Source: Epiperipatus broadwayi (taxonomy: Eukaryota; Animalia; Onychophora). From it: a DNA stretch of 64,000 bases. The notes below the pieces were generated by a model. It was not told where the DNA came from. It saw nothing but the letters and a program-made list of their open reading frames with translations, and ran no database searches. Position 1 is the stretch's first letter. Every line of letters begins with the position of its first letter. Positions 39,226 through 52,273 of this stretch are shown here, piece after piece. The position numbers were made by a program, and so were the translations under genes. The DNA lies in assembly GCA_028023455.1 (NCBI GenBank), contig JAQFVV010000004.1:23126001-23190000 (forward strand), in the 5' to 3' direction.

Positions 39226-42200
39226 TTCGTAGTCAGACAACCGGTAACAAATCAACCAAGCTAACCTAATGTTATAACAATTCTAAATCTTTCCTAAAGC
39301 TGGCTGTAAAACATAGTTAATGTGCACAAACTCTTAAACTTAAATTAATTAAACTGTGTTAGATAAGCGTATTTCAATTTGTATAATTTTATAATAACTT
39401 TAAAAGCTTAATTGTAAATCTTGCCTAATCTAAATTTCTCTTATTTAAATTCACCTTGTAAAAGATAATTACTGTCATTATTTTATCTATTCTCGTCTAT
39501 GCTTATGCCTATATATTGTACCAGTCAGAATTGTATGTTCGTCTAACAAGAATTAGCATCTAAGCAAAAGTACCTCGAGTTCAATCATATGCGAGATACA
39601 CAGATCAGGAATACTCATGAACTCCGCCCTATTGCCCATTTCCCAAGTCTATAACATTACAAACAACACTTCTGACGATAGCAAACAACATTTTAACAAT
39701 CCCCGGCCCAGAGGGTCAGCAGAGACACAAGAGATCTAATGATTAACTAAAGGATGACGCAATATAATAACAGATGTGCATGCATGAATTAATAAAATGT
39801 CCAAAGAATAGATTATTAAATATGAATTTATTGAAAATAACATTAATAATGCAACTGGATTAGAATATGAGCAAATGGATATAGAGACTTAAACACATCA
39901 TAAATATGATTACACATAATAAATACTCTATCTGGGTTTCACATAATGTTGACGTGGGCATTCCATGCTAACCTTGGCAACAATTTAAGGATTGATGGAT
40001 ATGCAAATACCAAATATACATATTAGTAAGAAATTAATTAATCGAAACGATGCGGCTTAATATGCTAATTTAGAATATATTTTATAGGGCTTCTATTATT
40101 CACGCTATGATATTTTAAATCACTAATAATGTAAAGGATTTCAATAACCATACATGGGCTTTTATTATGAACACGTGGGTTTTTACAATATACATTATAT
40201 GATAGTTTGAATAACAAATAATCTAATGAATTTTAATTATACATGGATTTCATCATAATTATATTGACAGGTTAAGTATCTTGGAAATTATAAAATGATT
40301 CATCATTTATGATTTACGTATAGAATAAGGAAAAGCATAATTATCTTGACATTGTCACATGACTTGACTCTTAATAGGCTTTATTAGGAATTAATTTTCA
40401 ACATATTTAAAGCGGTTTAACGAGAGGGTGGATAGCGCTAATAAGCTATAACACGTGATAGGGCAAACTAAATTTATATTATAATATGAGAACTTGGGGT
40501 GGCTTAGCAAATCATATTACGACTTACAGACGAATAAAATATGAGGAATTATAAACGATAGTGTGCGGACCGAATGATAATGTTTGGAAGGACGAGAAGC
40601 TTCACCAACTTGAGAACGAAAATATATAAGCTCATCTGCGCTTGTGACAGATGGCATCCGAAGAAGTGGTCGACAAGATACTATGGTTCCATTTTTCCGA
40701 ATGTTAACCCATAATAGAGCCTACGCGACCAAACGCAACCTTTGGAGTTGGGGCCTCCACACTCCGCCAAGAAATATGCTTTTTAAGGATTCTGGGAACT
40801 AGAGAAAGTATGACAAAGCAACATTTGATTGATGAACACTATCATCGGGACGCGTCACGAAGGCTTTCAGGTCTGTATTAACACTGATTTTTATGACCTT
40901 AAAGAGTAAGTAAGCCTAGCGTAATGAAATGATAATATATAAGCAATCCAAAAAGGGCATACAATTTGCCTAAAAGATTATTTAGCATATCAATAAAAAA
41001 AAAACAAACTAAGATTCCCTTCGTTAAACGCATATCAATACACCCGAAAAATTAGTTACTTAAATTATCGTTAGATGGCGGGCTAATTATATATTGAATC
41101 ATCAACTAAAAGTAAGGATCTGAACTTCAATTTATTTAATACTAAATTTACTTAATATTAATCAATAGCGTGAAATAATAGTTAATAATTTATTTGAAAT
41201 GATAACGGATAGCATAATATAAATTAATAAAAATAGTTTAGGAATATTTTTCAACCGGGCGAATTTTTAGTTTAGTAAGAAAGCTTAGATTTACAATTTA
41301 AAATTCCTTAATGGCGGAATAGTAAAATAATATAAGGTTAATTCGCCCGATTGACTCATTAGCATATTAAAATGGGTATGATTTACATAATTAAAATTGC
41401 CACATTTAAAAATAATAAAACAGTAAGAGTGAAAACCCAGCAATCGACTTTAGAAAATCAAATAAAATTTATATGTTAGAGCAAAAAGAAAAGTCATTGT
41501 TTAAGCAATTAATCGGTTTGGCATTACCGATGGAAAAATAAGCAATTACCTTTTAAAGAAAATAAAGACTACAAAAATGGAAATATTACAAAGGTATACT
41601 TTAGGTGAAATAACTTTACATAGCTAGAGGTTGAATGTTACAATTTACAAATAATAAAATTATTTAGATGAAAGTTTTTAGAGTTCATTTTGCGGCGGGG
41701 AATTACCTTTCTGTTAGACGATTTGATGGCCGTATACATACGTGTTGATTTCATTTTTGAAGAAATATAATTGATTTGGCATTATTTTGGTAAAATTGTG
41801 GTTAATGTCCTTTCCTGGTGTACTTTTATAGTCCATTTTGGCAGCATTTATGAGACGATGGCTTATGAGTACATTGGCACGGATCTGATCTTGGAGAGAT
41901 AGAAGAAGCAAATTTTCCTTCTACTCACGAACCATTTTAAAAATTCTGAGTGACGTAGATTACCTTGACAACAACGTTTAGAAATAAGATGCAGAGCATT
42001 TTAGCTAGAAAATGCGGTGGTTTTTATACTCATTTTGGCTGCCTTTGGTAATCCCCAGATGTCAGCTAACGGTCAACAATGACACAGCTAATTTGAAAGT
42101 ATGAACGAGATCAAATTCGAGAGAGCTGGTCTTGGTCTATTTTGAACTGAAAATAGACCCGCAGGATAAATTTTAATGAACATGAAATTTTTAAAATAAA

Positions 42201-42489
42201 CCTATGTTAAAATAAGCAAATCTTTTCTGAAATTAAAATAAGGCACGTCTTCTGTTTGCTAATTTTGCGTTACTCTCTTGAACTTCCTCTTAAATAAAAA
42301 TACATGAATAAAAATATATACGTCATACAAACACTTTTAATAAAATTATTATGTTTATCTGTCACACACACACATACGCATGACTGTTTACCGTGATAGA
42401 AATTTGTTTTATATTTAAATTAATATTAAACGAAAATAAAGCTTAACAAAAAAATAAACAATCACGTGCATCTGTATACCTTTCACTCC

Positions 42490-42595
42490 CTAGTGATTTA
42501 TTATTACATGACTGAGTTCGAACCCATGTTTGAAGGTTTCAAACACCAGAAAGTGAAGCCAAATGTGTGCAACAGATTTGACTGCTTCAATATAT
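42490..42595 (-). mobile_element. Decayed tRNA-like SINE head (second copy at about 47990-48085)
   Basis: Both copies read TATATTGAAGCA.TCAA.CTGT...GGGTTCGAACTC-like on one strand and share the gcttcaatatata end. Confidence 0.4.
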
Positions 42596-44199
42596 ATATT
42601 TTATTACAATGCATTTATTAATTTGTGCTATGTCTTCAGAGCGGAGATTACTGATTATTAGAAACGTAAAGAGACGCTTTTGTTCTCAAGTAAATTACTT
42701 CATGCTGCTTTTGGCATACTTCTAAATCTCCGGTCTGAAAACCTACTCATATATATTAGTTAAGCTACTATGTTTTGGCTTAGTATTTCATACAAGTTTG
42801 CTTATTAAAGGACTGTTTAGTTGAATATGCGATTGATATTTTAAAGCATATTGTAAGTAATTAGCCAAGTTTAAGTCCCAAATATGCTTTAGCCCTCCTT
42901 AGTTTATTATCCTAGACTATGTAGGTTAATTCGTAAACTAGATCATTTTAATAAATTCCTTTTTAGCACAGTTTAAGTATGCTAATTTATGAACTGGTGT
43001 ATGGTAGTTTCGCAGAATGAAACTAGATTTCGAGCTTTACTAACTTTAATAATTGATATTTAGAAAGCATTGCGAATGAGCTTTTATGAAGCACTCCGGT
43101 GCATTATGCCTTGCTATTATATGCTTATTAAGATAGGATTTGGTTTTAAGGGCCATCCTATTATTCCTAGTTCGGACAGCTCTTTTGAATGGGCGTCTGG
43201 TTTTAAGGGCCATCCCATTACTTCTTTTAGAATTGGAACATTGGTATCCAGCATCGTATATTAAGGCTGTTTGATCCTCCAAACTAAATGTTCACAGATA
43301 GCAAGCGTACGGTACATGAGAACCGAGTAATTGTTACTGAATCTCATAAGTAAAGGCACATTCGAGCCGCACCTCTGATGTAATTTGTGTAGCACCATAG
43401 TCTCGGAAGTTATGCTACAAAGCGCCAGTTTGCCTGCCATTATATTATTTATTCAGCATTGATCTGAACCTCAGATCTGTTTTACATAATACTATCTGCA
43501 TAAAGAGCCCATTGACTGCTCATTATGTGATAATATTAGATATATATATTATAAAGAGTCGCACTCTTAAGATTTAACTCTTGGCAAACCCAGTAGGAAT
43601 GGCAGAGCATAAGTTAGGCATCATTATAGATGTAGAAACAATTATTAATTTATAAAATGTTATACTAAAATGATTATGACTAAGTGCAATAAAACAGAAC
43701 TTGCAGTTCATATATTTACCTACCACCTGCGAGTAGAATATCCAGTGCACTTAATTGTTATTGTTTGTGATGTTTTGAAAAGATTAAATAATTTATTGAT
43801 GTGTGATGTCTTATTTACTCTGTATTGAGTCACTTTCCATATTTATTAATATATGCATTATATAACCAGCCATAAGTTGTGTGTTTAGTTAATTATTTCT
43901 AGTCTCTTGCTCCACCCTTTGCTACTGTCGGCACGGGAATTAAGATTCTGAGGGTGACTTCATATATGTCATTCATAGGGTAGTAAGTCAGGGAGTGTTG
44001 ATAAAGGAGCTGAGTTGCAGTGGGATTCGAAGTTTCAAACCCTCCTCTAGATCAGCCTTGGTATAATTTACCAAAACTCTGGATTTTGTTGCGTGAATGT
44101 ATAAATATGACTGTTACACTGCTTTTATTGCAAGCTCTATCATGAAATTTAAAGACATGTCTCCTTACTGTTTTTATTGCAAGCCTTATGGGTTCAAAA

Positions 44200-44650
44200 A
44201 CCGAAGCACATCATTATTTTAAGATTCTCAAAAAAAAAAGAGAAAAAAATCTCTAACTATTAACAAGAATATTGCAAACCTCAAATATAAGAAAACAAAT
44301 TATCTCATGAACTCTTAACATAAACTAAAATCAGAGAATACCAAAAAAATACGGATATACCCAAGATTTCATAATGTCAACAAACTAAATAAGAATTCTA
44401 TTCAGAAAATATAACTAAGTTCCCATAATAAAAATGCTCCAAAAAAAAATAATAAAAGCATGAAAGATTTTTAACTCAATACATAAAAATACTGGTAAAC
44501 AATCACTGGCAACAAAAAGTTTCATGCATTTAGCAATCATAGAAACTACAGTAGAAGAAATTATAAAAATCATGTAAGAAAATACCCAATTACAAATCAG
44601 CTAAGACAGTACGACAAGACAGTAGGTAATATGTACAATATCAAAAAAAA
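44200..44650 (+). mobile_element. Ancient LINE (CR1/L2/Jockey-like) remnant
   Basis: IIETTVEEIIKIM..IPNYKSAK-like reading resembles the TxxEIxxIIxxLxxxKS pre-RT motif. Confidence 0.3.
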
Positions 44651-47600
44651 TAAACAATCTGCTAATATTAACAAAGGATCACAACGAAAAAAAATTTAAG
44701 GCAAAAATAAAATTTCTGACTTTATTTTATAAAATTCTTTGTATCATTCTATTACTAGATTTTTATATACTTTCTATTTTAAATACCTAATTCATCAAAA
44801 TTAAATGTAATCTATAGCTATAAAACATTTTTTTTAAATAATTATTTTAAAAATTTACTTATATTGTTATAATACTGGTATGTTTAGTTTTTTCTACTGA
44901 TAGTTTCATTATCTTTTTTTTTCTTTTGTTCTTAAAATAGGATGTAAATTGTAAAAACTCTTGAATCATTTTAATTTATCTGTAAATATATATATTGTTT
45001 TTGTTCAAATTGTTTTTCAATAACCTCATCTTCAAATTAGTTCTTATATTCAAATATATTCATGACTATTTAAAGCCGTAAATGGGAGATAGTAGTCCTA
45101 TTCAGAAACAAATGAAAATATACATGGACTGAGTGAATTTTGCTCTATTCCTGCTTTGTAAATGAGTTATATTAAACAAGCACAAAAGATTATTTTATAT
45201 TTCCTTTTAGTCAGATGTGACTGAAAAGTTACGACTAATTTTATTATAGCTCCTAAAATTGTAATGCTAAAGAAAATATGTTAGAATAATGAGCAATGAA
45301 AATTACCAATATTTGAGTTTTAGCCTGAACATATTTTATTTTATATTATACATTACCATCATAATTTAATAATAAAAATAACTTGAACACTAATTTTGTG
45401 CTTGTTAAGTATATTGTACCGGACGTCTTGCAGTGGTACAGACATGAGACTCGAACTAGAGTTGTCGAGGATAAATCCCCGAATGAGATATAGGAATTAA
45501 AATAATATATTATATAAAACTTTTTTTATATTTAAAAACTAAACAAAATAAAGATTCGAACTCTGGATAAGATCAAAAGATACTTTAATATTATATAAAT
45601 ATTTATTCCAAATGTACATTATTTATATAGTTCACACTAGAATAGTTTCATTGTGCTTACATCAGTGATTATGGGATGTCACGCTTATACATATATAGTC
45701 GGTTTATTTATATGCCAATGTTTGAAAAAAAATTACATAAAGGGGTTTAAGAAGAGAAACGCTATTTTATCATACGATTAAATAATAACCTAGACAAAAG
45801 AATTCACAAGAGACACTTTAATGTTTGAATAAATTAATATGCATTTAACAAACTATGATCGATGCCACTTTGATCACACAAGAAATCTACATGTATGTAA
45901 CTATGATGCCAGGTAAATTGGTCTCTGACATCCATTACATTTATTAATTATTGAATAACAGTTATAAAACAGTGATTTTGAATATGTGAATATTTTCATA
46001 TTCAATATGACAAACGTTATATTTCAATTCTTGAATTATAAAATAAAATAATAATTCATTTACGCATGTGGAAGTCGCTCATCTAAGAGAAATAGCTTAA
46101 TGCAAGCTTTTCATGACATTCTACATATAAATACAATAAGTAACAAAAATGGTTTAGTTATATCAAAGCATTACGACTTACAGATTAGTTTTAGGCGTGA
46201 TTCTATAATACTACATCGAATGACGGTGCGAGCATAAGGCAGCAAATATAAAATTCGGACCATTTTCGGCCAAGGAGACACTTCATCATTTAAGTGAGAA
46301 AAGACAAATGGTATGCCCGTTCTGGCGGGCCATACCTGGAGGAGAAAGAAGGTAGGTAGGGAGACGCAATTGTCCGTGTAGGTTACCAATGCAGAACTTC
46401 CGCTACTCTTTCCGAAGGTGTCCTAGGGCATTTACGATGCCAGCTAAATCGTATAAGTGAAGATGGAGGATTCGAAGTTCCCGATGATCCTCAAATTATG
46501 ATAAAGCAAATAACGACGATGGCTGACCTATGCTGGCAACGCTATGAAACTATAATACGTCCTTTAATGACGGCAAAATAACTAATGGCCTAAATATAAA
46601 GTTTTAATCAGGCGTAATGGCATGACTTGTATACTAAACCAAATTAAATAACTGAAATATAAAACTATTATGAATGTCTTAATGCCATTTCCCTTCATTA
46701 AACGGGTCCCACTTGCATTTGGAATCAATAAGCATTATTTAATACTATAATGCTCAAGGCACTACATATAAATGATTATTACATTAAAAAAAAATTAACG
46801 GTCATTATTACTTAAATTATCTTAACTGGAGGTTAAGCATAGCGTTCTCAACCCAGCGAGCAATGGCTTTAAAACAAATAAATTTAAAGTAATTAAAATA
46901 TCCCTGAAGCGATGGGGATTTAAAAGCCTAATCTAAAATATAGGCTCGCGGAGTCTAGTTGACTTGGCATATAAATTACATATAAAAGTAAATAAAATAG
47001 CAAATAATTATAATAGTAAAAATTATCACACTAAGTAAAATGTAGGATTTAAACTTAAATAGATATAAGCATTTACATATATATATTTGATAGGATTAGA
47101 GAATCTTACATGCAAAGATTAAATATAAATATTAAAAAAAACAATTAATATTTATAGGCAGGCACAGATAACTTTACATGGATATTAAACTGTTATCTCG
47201 CATACTTTGGGTCAATAGCTGGATAGTTCACTCTCTGAGCTCTGGTTTAGGATAATCAGCTTCATTGGTGGTAATGGCAGGAACTTCATGGCAGCATTCC
47301 GGAGACAGTTCCCAAGAGGCAGAGGGAAAGTTAAGTCAGGCCCTACTCAACTGATATTTTATTACGCTATATAAATGGTACAAGAAAAATAGAACAGCAA
47401 AAAGCCAAAGCAAAAAGCAAAAGAAAGCCAAAACAAAAAAAAGTATTAAAAAACCTCTTTATCTTCAATCTACCCTATTTATATCATTCCCAACTATAAC
47501 AGGAATGCCTTGGGTCATTTGACCAGAGGCAGATAAGCAATTAACAAAGTACAGCCCATTTTTAATTAAAAACAAGACATAAGATGAAAGGTTCAAATCA

Positions 47601-48753
47601 CATTCCACCATGAAAGAATTTAAATTAATATTAACGAAATATTTTTATTTTTAGTTAAAATAAAAATGACTTTGATAAGAAAACAATATTTCAATTAATG
47701 AAATTTGAGCTTTTAAAATATTTAATTAGTGAAGCAAACTTTACAATGGGTTAATTTGAACCTGCCATCTTGGTTATATCTTCTTTTCTTTTAAATTTTT
47801 CCAAAATTGAAATTAAAAACAAATATTTTTTTTACAAATGACAAACTTATGTGATTAAACAAATTCTTTTCTATATATAAAAAAAAACATTCGCTTAAAA
47901 TATTCAAAAGTATCAAAATAACAGAATCAAAAATTATATATATGTCATAATAGTTTGTAATAATATATATGACGGCACTGTTAGTAATTTAAATATTGCT
48001 GGGGTTTGAACTCTTGTAGATGTTAGTTTTTTAGGTAGAAAAACATGAAGCTCACTCTGTCGACAGATTGATTGCTTCAATATATAACAATTATTTTGCT
48101 TTTTTTTTTTTCAAACACCATCCAGGTTATACTTCTGTTCTAGCAATTCTGCACATGAAATCAAAAATAATCAATAAATAAACATTTCAATATATGTTAA
48201 TTTGAAATAATTGAACAGTACTACATTCAAGTTTTCTAAATTGTTAGTTACTTTTAATAATAAAGATCAACTTCTGATCTCTCTAAATCAATTACAAATT
48301 TATCGAATCCACAAAAAGAAAAAAAAATCTAATTTGAAAGTTTATATCTTAAATGTTAAATTTTTCCTCTAAAGTTTTTATTTTGCTTAATTTCTTATAA
48401 AATATGTCTAGTATTAACAATTTCTACTACTAAAATTAAAAATTCTGAGAGAAAAAATATAGTAAAACAATGCAATACAAATTTCTAAACAGAAATTAAT
48501 GAACTATAATTGCTGTCATTGTAATAATTCAAATATCTTATAAAATAGAATACATTTAATAACACTAGAAAAAAAAGACTCCCATATCTTTATCTTGATG
48601 TCTAATAAAAAAACTTATATTTAAACAAATTTGAATGATTAACACGAATATTTATTAGTTATAGACTTAGGAAACCAAAAATTATTCATTGAAATATATT
48701 TTACAGGTTTGTTATTCAATGTTACAGATATTTAACAAACAGTATAAGAAATA

Positions 48754-49781
48754 CACCTGGGTCTCTTTTTATGCGGACTTATTTAACACGATTTTAAAGT
48801 TACATGATTCGTGTTTCACACCGGAAGTCGATGCGCTATTACTTTAAATAATAAATTTTGCGCACTTACGTTATATTGAAAGTAATAGCACATTATTGGA
48901 ATTCGACTTTCATCTTAGTAATTTCAATATTTTCAGTGCTTTATAATAGTAAGATTTTATGCAATAATGAAATTAAAATCATGATTTCCACATTTTATGT
49001 ATACACACATTTGTACGTGTTAATTTTGCATTTTAAATCACATTCTCTTTTTGCTTTTTAAAAAAGAATGTAATCAGTTATTAATCATTTAGTGTCCACA
49101 AGTTTATTTTTAAAAGGTCAGTAATAGCAGTGGGCACAATTAAATTTGACAATTAAAAATTAAAATCTGATTTTTAATTGTAATTAACAATTTAAAAATT
49201 ACTTACGACGACTTGAAATTAATGTGATGTAAAAGGAAATTTGATTTTTAAACGGAATTGAAAATTAAAGACAAAAATAAGAATTTAATTTTTAGTTGTT
49301 AGTTTCATAAACAATTAATAAAATCATAGTCTCAAAGATTAATTACTAATTACGTTGTCACCAGAAAACCACCGACGCAACATGAGTGTGAAGTTGGCGC
49401 TAGTTGTTTTGCAAACGAACGTGTTTTTCGGCAAATAGCTATAATAATTAAAACGTGTATAAAAAAATGTAAATTACTGTACTGTAAATTGTGCATAAAA
49501 ATATATTATTTTGAATAAAATTAAATATTATAGTTAAAAAAAGTTTGTCTTGTATCAATTTTTTTCAAATTTGAAATTTTTTATTAGTCATTTTATTTCC
49601 TTATTTTTTTTTGCACGCAAATTTTAAAGTAATTTTACGTTGGTGCTTTGCTTTTACGCGAATTTTGAAAAATCACAGTCCGCATCCCCCCTTTTTCAAT
49701 GTAAGTTATGTCTATTTTTGCGCGATTTCGTTTGCACGTTTTCTGAGGAACCTATCTATCGTGTAAAACGAGCCCCAGGTG
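48754..49781 (-). mobile_element. Tigger/pogo-like MITE, copy 2 (inverted relative to copies 1 and 3)
   Basis: TA|CACCTGGGTCTCTTTTTATGCG ... CGTGTAAAACGAGCCCCAGGTG|TA; internal sequence is the reverse complement of copies 1 and 3. Confidence 0.9.
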
Positions 49782-50058
49782 TATTAGGGCATTTGTACTT
49801 CAATATGACATTATGTATGTTTCACTCTTTATGAAAATCTTTTTTTAAATTTATACACAATATATAATTTATTTTAAATGATCCAAAATATTAAATTACA
49901 CCACAAGTACTATTTTCTGAAAGAACTTCTAGATATTTGTGGAAAATCATCAAAACATTTCTTTTTACAAATTTGAATCTGCAGGAGACAGATTTCTACA
50001 AAAATTTTAAAATTAATTACTATATTTCCAATGAAGTCTTAAGATATTTCAAATTTAA

Positions 50059-52273
50059 CCCTTTGAGACCGAAAAACACCCACTTGCGCATAAAAAAAAG
50101 TTTGCACTTTCGACCGCAATAGCGTGCCAATCGTATACGTCACGCTTACGGGGTTTTTTTTTTCTCTTCGCCATTTTATTTTCTTTCAGCACGTGTAAGA
50201 ATTTTTTCTGTGCGATGAAAATTAGATTTTTTATAGCAATTTTTGTAAAGTACATTATTAAAATTTTGTAAATTTTTTTTCTTTCTAGATTTTATCAACG
50301 GATAAAAAAAATATACGGAGAAAACAATTATATTTTCGCCGCTGAACGTAATTTTGATTCTGACGAACCTTTCTGTTGATGTGTTTGATTTTGAGGTTTC
50401 GTATTCCCCATTACCCGTAAGTATTCAACAGTCATCATCATCATCTCCCACTGATATATAATAATTGCTTGTAATTCTTTTGGGTTATTTATTTTATTTT
50501 ATTTACTGTTTTTATTCATTTCATTGTAGATAAGTTTTTATTCATTTTATAGCATACTTTGCTATTATGGTTTGCTATGTAATAATGCATAATTTAGCTC
50601 ACCCTTACCCTCATGATATTCCAATAATATAGTAATTATTTTTTACATGCATAACTTAGAATTTACTACGTTTTTATTCATTTCATTGTAGATAACTTTT
50701 TATTCATTTTATAGCATACTTTGCAGATAACTTTTTATTCATTTTATAGCATACTTTGCTATCATGGTTTCCTATGTAATAATGCATAATTTAGCTCGCC
50801 CTTACCCTCATGATATTCCAATAATATAGTAATTATTTTTTACATGCATAACTTAGAATTTACTACGTTTTTATTCATTTCATTGTAGATAACTTTTTAT
50901 TCATTTTATAGCATACTTTGCAGATAACTTTTTATTCATTTTATAGCATACTTTGCTATCATGGTTTTCTGTGTAATAGTGCATAATTTAGCTCACCCTT
51001 ACCCTCATGATATTCCAATAATGTAGTAATTATTTTTTACATGCATAACTTAGAATTTACTACATTTTTATTCATTTCATTATAGATAACTTTTTATTCA
51101 TTTTATAGTATACTTTGCTATTATGGTTTGCTATGTAATAATGCATAATTTAGCTCACCCTTACCCTCATGATATTCCAATAATATAGTAATTATTTTTT
51201 ACATGCATAACTTAGAATTTACTACATTTTTATTCATTTCATTATAGATAACTTTTTATTCATTTTATAGCATACTTTGCTATTATGGTTTGCTATGTAA
51301 TAATGCATAATTTAGCTCACCCTTACCCTCATGATATTCCAATAATATAGTAATTATTTTTTACATGCATAACTTAGAATTTACTACGTTTTTATTCATT
51401 TCATTGTAGATAACTTTTTATTCATTTTATAGCATACTTTGCAGATAACTTTTTATTCATTTTATAGCATACTTTGCTATCATGGTTTCCTATGTAATAA
51501 TGCATAATTTAGCTCACCCTTACCCTCATGATATTCCAATAATGTAGTAATTATTTTTTACATGCATAACTTAGAATTTACTACATTTTTATTCATTTCA
51601 TTATAGATAACTTTTTATTCATTTGATAGCATACTTTGCTATTATGGTTTCCTATGTAATAATGCATAATTTAGCCCATGATTTTTCAATAATATAGTAA
51701 TTATTTTTTATTCCCATAACTTACACTTTACTAAAGTTATTACTGTTATTTTTTTTTTGATCCACACTAAAACCTTGCATTTCTAATCCACACAAAACCT
51801 TGCATTTCTAATAGATATCCCGCATAGAGGGCCTAGAAAAACAACTGCTTGCAAAAATTGAACATATAGGGTGGTTAGTAAAAAAACGAAACTGAAATTG
51901 TCACATTCTGCCACATTACACCAACAATCTGTAACTCAGGTAGGTCATGTTATATATTATTTTTTTCTGCATTTTATGATGAATGTGATGAAGCTGTCTA
52001 TGAAATTGTCATTTTAGGCTATACCTTTCAAAATTGAGAGTTTGTGAACCAATGTAAAAATAAAGATTTTAAAAATGTGAAAAATATCATTTTTTTTAAT
52101 TATTTTTTGTGGTAATGACTACTTTATCAGCTTTATAACATTCTTTCATATTTGCACTTTATAAAAATGTATATATATATTTATTTGTTGTAATAAATTA
52201 GACATTTTATTTAAAATTGTAGGTCCTGTAATTTTTTTTGGGAATTAAAAATGGCCGTTCAGGTCTCTAAGGG
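50059..52273 (+). mobile_element. piggyBac family 2, non-autonomous derivative
   Basis: TTAA|CCCTTTGAGACC ... GGTCTCTAAGGG|TTAA (TSDs 50055-50058, 52274-52277). Traces of an acidic N-terminus (about 50320-50410) and a Cys-rich C-terminus (FYDECDEAV, about 51970); the catalytic core is missing. Confidence 0.88.
50505..51735. repeat. Tandem array of about 7 units, 162 or 197 bp
   Basis: Unit starts (tcattRtagata) at 50521, 50683, 50880, 51077, 51239, 51401, 51598; long units contain a 35-bp internal duplication. Confidence 0.95.

Noticed and set aside
41251-41355. 15-bp inverted repeat TCAACCGGGCGAATT / AATTCGCCCGATTGA
   Set aside because: Single short instance with no clear TSD or second copy.
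45420-45485. tRNA-like segment (also a B-box-like GGTTTCGATTCC at about 26668)
   Set aside because: No complete cloverleaf; at best eroded SINE heads, so not called as tRNA genes.
40516-46184. Identical 15-mer ATTACGACTTACAGA at 40516 and 46170
   Set aside because: No flanking similarity; a rough estimate suggests a few such matches are expected by chance in 64 kb of AT-rich DNA.
50505-51735. Regular array as a CRISPR or a telomeric repeat (contains CCCTTACCCT)
   Set aside because: Units are repeated along their whole length with no unique spacers, the context is eukaryotic, and the telomere-like 10-mer occurs once per unit.
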